The notes beneath the pieces were generated by a model, which ran no database searches, was not told the DNA's origin, and was given only the letters and a program-made list of their open reading frames with translations. A stretch of 40,985 nt of DNA from Gloeobacterales cyanobacterium (GTDB lineage: Bacteria; Cyanobacteriota; Cyanobacteriia; Gloeobacterales; PMM-0068): positions 1-40,985 of the forward strand of contig JBBRSB010000038.1 of the NCBI GenBank assembly GCA_038245785.1, in the 5' to 3' direction. This document shows, piece by piece, positions 37,184 to 40,985 of the stretch. The number at the start of each line of letters is the position of its first letter. The stretch's first letter is position 1. The translations under genes and the position numbers were made by a program.

Positions 37184-38210
37184 AATTTTGGAGCATGGGC
37201 TCCTTGCCAACGTTTTCACGACCATGGGGTTCCAGGAGATTCATCTCAGGACCAGAAGGGATGATGCCGCCGGGATTAAGGGGAAACAGGTTCCCGTAAT
37301 ATTCCCGCTTTACTATTTCCGAATCACAGGTATCAGCTACTCCAGGAAGCTGATATAAGTCACGCAGATAAGCTCCTAGATGCTTATAGTCTTGAATACG
37401 GCGGCGATTGCACTTGAATAGCCCGTAATAGACGATATCAAAGCGAAACAGTGTAGTGAAGAGACGAACATCGGCAAGGGTGACGCTGTCCCCACATAGA
37501 TAGCGCTTGGTTTCCAGGGCCGCCTCGATCTCACCCAGCGTTTTGAACAGCTCATCACAGGCTTGGTCATACGCTGCTTGGGTTTGGGCAAAGCCGCAGC
37601 GGTAGACCCCATTATTCACGAAGGGATAGATCTTCTCGTTCCATCGATCAACCTCCTCCTTGATGGCTGTTGGGTAGAGGTCTGGTTCGGGATGCTTGGC
37701 GAACTCATTGAATGCTGTATTGAGCATCACGATAATTTCTGCACTCTCGTTATTGACGATCGCCTTTGTCTGCGTGTCCCATAGCACTGGCACCGTGGAA
37801 CGCCCTGTATAGTCTGGTTCCGCCCGTTCATAGAGTTCAGCCAGAGTGCGGCAACCCTCTTCCTCCTGCTGAAATATCCAGCCTCCTTCTGTTGGCGAAG
37901 GATTAACAAAAGTAATCGATATCGCTTCTTCGAGTCCTTTGAGCGCTCGGACCACGAGTGTTCGATGGGCCCAGGGACAGCCTAACCCCACATAGAGGCG
38001 ATAGCGTCCCTTTGCTGATGGATAAAGTTCTGTGCCAATGGAGTCTCTGAACTGACTGGCAGGGCGGATATATTCTCCCGACGAACTGCGGGGAGCCAAT
38101 TTCGCCATCATGATCTGCCAGAGCGTTGTCCAGACAAACTTGCCCAGCACAATGATGAACTTGGCAGGCAGAGACTTGCCTTTCTTTCTCATGGAGCTGG
38201 TTTGTGACAT
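37182..38210 (-). CDS. Glutathionyl-hydroquinone reductase (GST Xi/omega-like)
   Basis: CPWAHR, TVPVLWD, IVNNES, NNGVYRCGFA, YYG...LNPGGIIP. Confidence 0.92.
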   Translation of the reverse strand: MSQTSSMRKKGKSLPAKFIIVLGKFVWTTLWQIMMAKLAPRSSSGEYIRPASQFRDSIGTELYPSAKGRYRLYVGLGCPWAHRTLVVRALKGLEEAISITFVNPSPTEGGWIFQQEEEGCRTLAELYERAEPDYTGRSTVPVLWDTQTKAIVNNESAEIIVMLNTAFNEFAKHPEPDLYPTAIKEEVDRWNEKIYPFVNNGVYRCGFAQTQAAYDQACDELFKTLGEIEAALETKRYLCGDSVTLADVRLFTTLFRFDIVYYGLFKCNRRRIQDYKHLGAYLRDLYQLPGVADTCDSEIVKREYYGNLFPLNPGGIIPSGPEMNLLEPHGRENVGKEPMLQN

Positions 38211-38281
38211 GATACGAACCCTGGTGAGATGCTGAGGGACCCATAGCTACTTGATGTTAACGTAAAGCACGGAAACCCTGC

Positions 38282-38638
38282 TCAGTCCTCAAATACTTCG
38301 CGGATTCGACGTTCAAGGCGTTCGAGATCGATGCCACCTTCATCACGAGTGATACGACGAACTGTAGTATTCACCTTACTGAGGTCGAGGAGCAGATCGC
38401 GCAGGATCTCCTGCTGTTGGCGGGACTGAGTCACCTCGCGCGGCTCCTCGACGAGATCACGCACGATTGAGTCTTCGGCCCTTGATGCCACCACCGGATC
38501 AGCCATTCCCTGTAGATAGACTAAGGTGCGACGGCCAGGACCCCGCTCCTGCTCGATAGGTACAACAGCTGTCACCTGATCTGAACGGACGTACTTACCA
38601 AAACCCAGATAAACAAGTACAGAGCTTTGAATGCGCAT
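38282..38638 (-). CDS. Conserved-looking hypothetical protein
   Basis: ATG with upstream AGGAAGGA; LGFGKYVRSD motif and helical C-terminus. Confidence 0.7.
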   Translation of the reverse strand: MRIQSSVLVYLGFGKYVRSDQVTAVVPIEQERGPGRRTLVYLQGMADPVVASRAEDSIVRDLVEEPREVTQSRQQQEILRDLLLDLSKVNTTVRRITRDEGGIDLERLERRIREVFED

Positions 38639-38896
38639 ATTTATAAACTTTTAAGTTCCTTCCTATATCTATTATGGCCGCCTGAGCGCATAGGTGGCAG
38701 GTTCAGATCATGCATTCAAAATTGCCAGGCAAACTTGAGTAGGCTAGATTGCGGAGCCGATTATTCTTAGAAAATTTTTAGATGAGCAGACTTTTCATGC
38801 GTTATTTTTCTCATTATCAGGCAGTAGTGCACTTCAAATTTGAATAAGTTTATGATTGCAAGAGCGCTTAGAAATCTTATCTGCTAGCCGGAGCTT

Positions 38897-39505
38897 GTGA
38901 TGGATAGAAATTCCAAAAGGACAAGACCGCTGGCAAAAGCTGGCAAGCAAAGAAAGTTGAGGCTCTCCTCAGACATGCGCTCTATCAAAGGCTTGCTCTC
39001 CTTTACGGCCATGATGGCTACGCTCGGTGGAGCCCTATGGTTCGCTGAATTTGGGACCATACGAGGAGTGCCTGTTCCGGTTGTTCTGCAGTTTCTGAGC
39101 GATGATACTGCTCGAAATGCCTATTTCTCTGGGGACAAGCAGCAATTACACGATCGGCTGGATCGCATGGGGATAGAGGAAAAAGTCAAAGCCTTCTACC
39201 GACCCAAAATTCAGGATGAGGCTGAGTTAGATCGATACATTCACCAGCTACTCTACAACATCACAGGATATGCAGGTATCGCCTACGAGGTAAATGCGAA
39301 GGGGAGCCTGGTATCCAAAACAGTTCGAGATCCTGCTTTTGAGCAATGGTTTCAGTTAGCCTATCGAGCAGGTATTGTGGTCGGTAGCCGGGAAGAAGCG
39401 GGAGTTCAGTATGTGATCAGTCCTGACGGCAATGTAGTCCCCTATAAGCAGGTGTCTTCTCTTTTTCCGCTGGACACCTTAAAAATTATGATCAATCAAA
39501 AATGA
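38897..39505 (+). CDS. Hypothetical membrane-anchored protein
   Basis: 202-aa ORF with one N-terminal TM; start uncertain. Confidence 0.65.
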   Translation: MMDRNSKRTRPLAKAGKQRKLRLSSDMRSIKGLLSFTAMMATLGGALWFAEFGTIRGVPVPVVLQFLSDDTARNAYFSGDKQQLHDRLDRMGIEEKVKAFYRPKIQDEAELDRYIHQLLYNITGYAGIAYEVNAKGSLVSKTVRDPAFEQWFQLAYRAGIVVGSREEAGVQYVISPDGNVVPYKQVSSLFPLDTLKIMINQK

Positions 39506-39538
39506 GAAAAGGATAGCTTTGCCAAGACGACGCAAAAT

Positions 39539-40985
39539 CTACCATCCCACCGTTACTTTCCAGAACAATATGCCGACACTAAAAGTTGCCAAATGTTGCG
39601 GTAAAACGGATAAAATCGGCTGCTTGGCAATTTTGTGGGTAAGCAAAATGCTCAGCCAGACACTGGAAATGAGGGTAACTCCTTGAAGAAAAGCGATCAC
39701 AATCGGATCGGCTACGGTAATCCATGAATTCAGCGTCCCTCCCCCGCTATATCCAAAAGTAGCTAGCGTGACTGGAAGGACACGTCCTCCTTCAGTCAAG
39801 CCTAAACGCAAGTAGTGGGCAAGACTGCCACCCAAAACAAGAGGCAAATAGCCATAGGCCATTTCCAAAAAAGGTCGGGGTTTGATCCGTTGGTTGAACA
39901 AACGCAGCAGGACATGGGCCACTAGAGCGATCGCCCCTGGTGCCAACAAGGCCAGCACCGACACACCCGCGTGAATGCCAAAATTTTCCAAATGCAAATT
40001 CCAGCCAAATTGTCCTTCAAGTTCTGGCAAGCGATGCAACAAGACTGCTCCAAATAGCAGAAACAATAAAGAAACTTCGTAGTAACTAGGCGTATGGGTA
40101 GTCCATAGTTCAATGCCCGGTGGGCGGAGATTGAATTCTACAGAGCGATGGGGACAGGCTTTGAGACAGGTCATGCACAGGACACAATTTCGATTGTCTT
40201 GTAGTTGCGCCGGATGAGAATAAACAGGACAACCTCCTGTTGCCAGACCTTCTCCCTTTTGGGGTCCACCCTTGTAGCACTGGTAGGTGGTACAGGTGGC
40301 TGAGCAAATGCCCTGTTGGGCTCTTAGCTCTGTGATTGAGAGTTTGGCAAACAGGCCATTCATCCCTCCAATCGGGCAGAGATAGCGACACCAATAGCGA
40401 CGTTCAAACAAAAGGGAGCAGATAATGGCACCTCCTGTAATCAGCAGGAGCAACCAACTGGATAAGTAGGCGGTGTCCTCCAAGTTCCACAGCTCTTCCC
40501 AGAGCAAAATTAAGCTAAACATTCCAAAGAGGAACCAACCGCCCCATTTCTCAGAAGCATCGCGGGGCCAGGCTTTTAGCTTGCGGGGGAAAAGCCACAG
40601 CGAGAGCTTTTGGACCACTTCTCCGTAAATCATGAACGGGCAAACAGCACACCAAACCCGACCTAAAAAAGGAAACAAAAAGAGGATTACCGGCCACCAC
40701 CAGGCCCAAAAAAGATTCAGTCCAATGTTGTGCGCTCGGTCCTGAGGTCCCCAAAACAGGATAAAGATAACAACTGGAAATAAGGGTAAAACCAACCCAA
40801 AGTTGATGCGGTCGGGCCACCAAGAACTGCGGAGGAATTGACGAAGTTGTGGAAAGGCATTAAGCAGGTTCAGACGAAAGCGCTTGGTTTTACTGCTTGT
40901 GGACCAGAACACTGCTTCTGTGAGTTCTTTCGCCCCGTCAGACTGAATCAAGGCCCGCGAAATCAGGTCTTCAAGTTCTGATAAG
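39539..40985 (-). CDS. Multi-TM 4Fe-4S binding protein, 5'-truncated by the window (likely fused to a sigma54-interaction-like domain)
   Basis: GRVWCAVCP, WCRYLCP, CVLCMTCLKACP; frame stays open to the edge (LSELEDLISRALIQ). Confidence 0.85.
   Translation of the reverse strand, partial: LSELEDLISRALIQSDGAKELTEAVFWSTSSKTKRFRLNLLNAFPQLRQFLRSSWWPDRINFGLVLPLFPVVIFILFWGPQDRAHNIGLNLFWAWWWPVILFLFPFLGRVWCAVCPFMIYGEVVQKLSLWLFPRKLKAWPRDASEKWGGWFLFGMFSLILLWEELWNLEDTAYLSSWLLLLITGGAIICSLLFERRYWCRYLCPIGGMNGLFAKLSITELRAQQGICSATCTTYQCYKGGPQKGEGLATGGCPVYSHPAQLQDNRNCVLCMTCLKACPHRSVEFNLRPPGIELWTTHTPSYYEVSLLFLLFGAVLLHRLPELEGQFGWNLHLENFGIHAGVSVLALLAPGAIALVAHVLLRLFNQRIKPRPFLEMAYGYLPLVLGGSLAHYLRLGLTEGGRVLPVTLATFGYSGGGTLNSWITVADPIVIAFLQGVTLISSVWLSILLTHKIAKQPILSVLPQHLATFSVGILFWKVTVGW

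Noticed and set aside
39927..39934. HIP1 (GCGATCGC) scarcity as a lineage marker
   Set aside because: I noticed only this copy, but an exhaustive count by eye is unreliable and one window is not enough

Overview
Chromosomal window from a cyanobacterium (Fed2-type ferredoxin, LrtA/HPF, Gly-rich Rbp and cyanobacterial-type gpsA support this; an early-diverging lineage is possible but unproven). Housekeeping genes occupy about 0.4-17.7 kb (rlmI-like, GT2, sodB, ferrochelatase paralogue, photolyase-family, hpf, proA, gpsA, recN, prfA) and about 28.5-41 kb (ABC exporter, DsbA-like, Nit1, class II RNR with NrdR boxes, rbp, glutathionyl-hydroquinone reductase). Between them an accessory region splits a three-gene ABC-2 exporter operon. 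Its core, not visible in the ORF track, is a decayed integron. It consists of a 25-codon minus-strand remnant of an integron-integrase C-terminus (VRTTMIYTH...SPLDM*, 22626-22702), an attI-like simple site (23493-23511) and six tandem gene cassettes with six heterogeneous attC sites (23915-28322). The cargo includes a NucC/DUF6602-like nuclease, a Trypco2-like protein, membrane proteins, an unknown 305-aa protein and a frameshifted PIN toxin-antitoxin pair. The array is bracketed by diverged direct repeats (parE start / half-attC plus vapC end / permease 3' end) whose permease differences are almost all synonymous. All family assignments come from motif recognition by eye, not from database searches.
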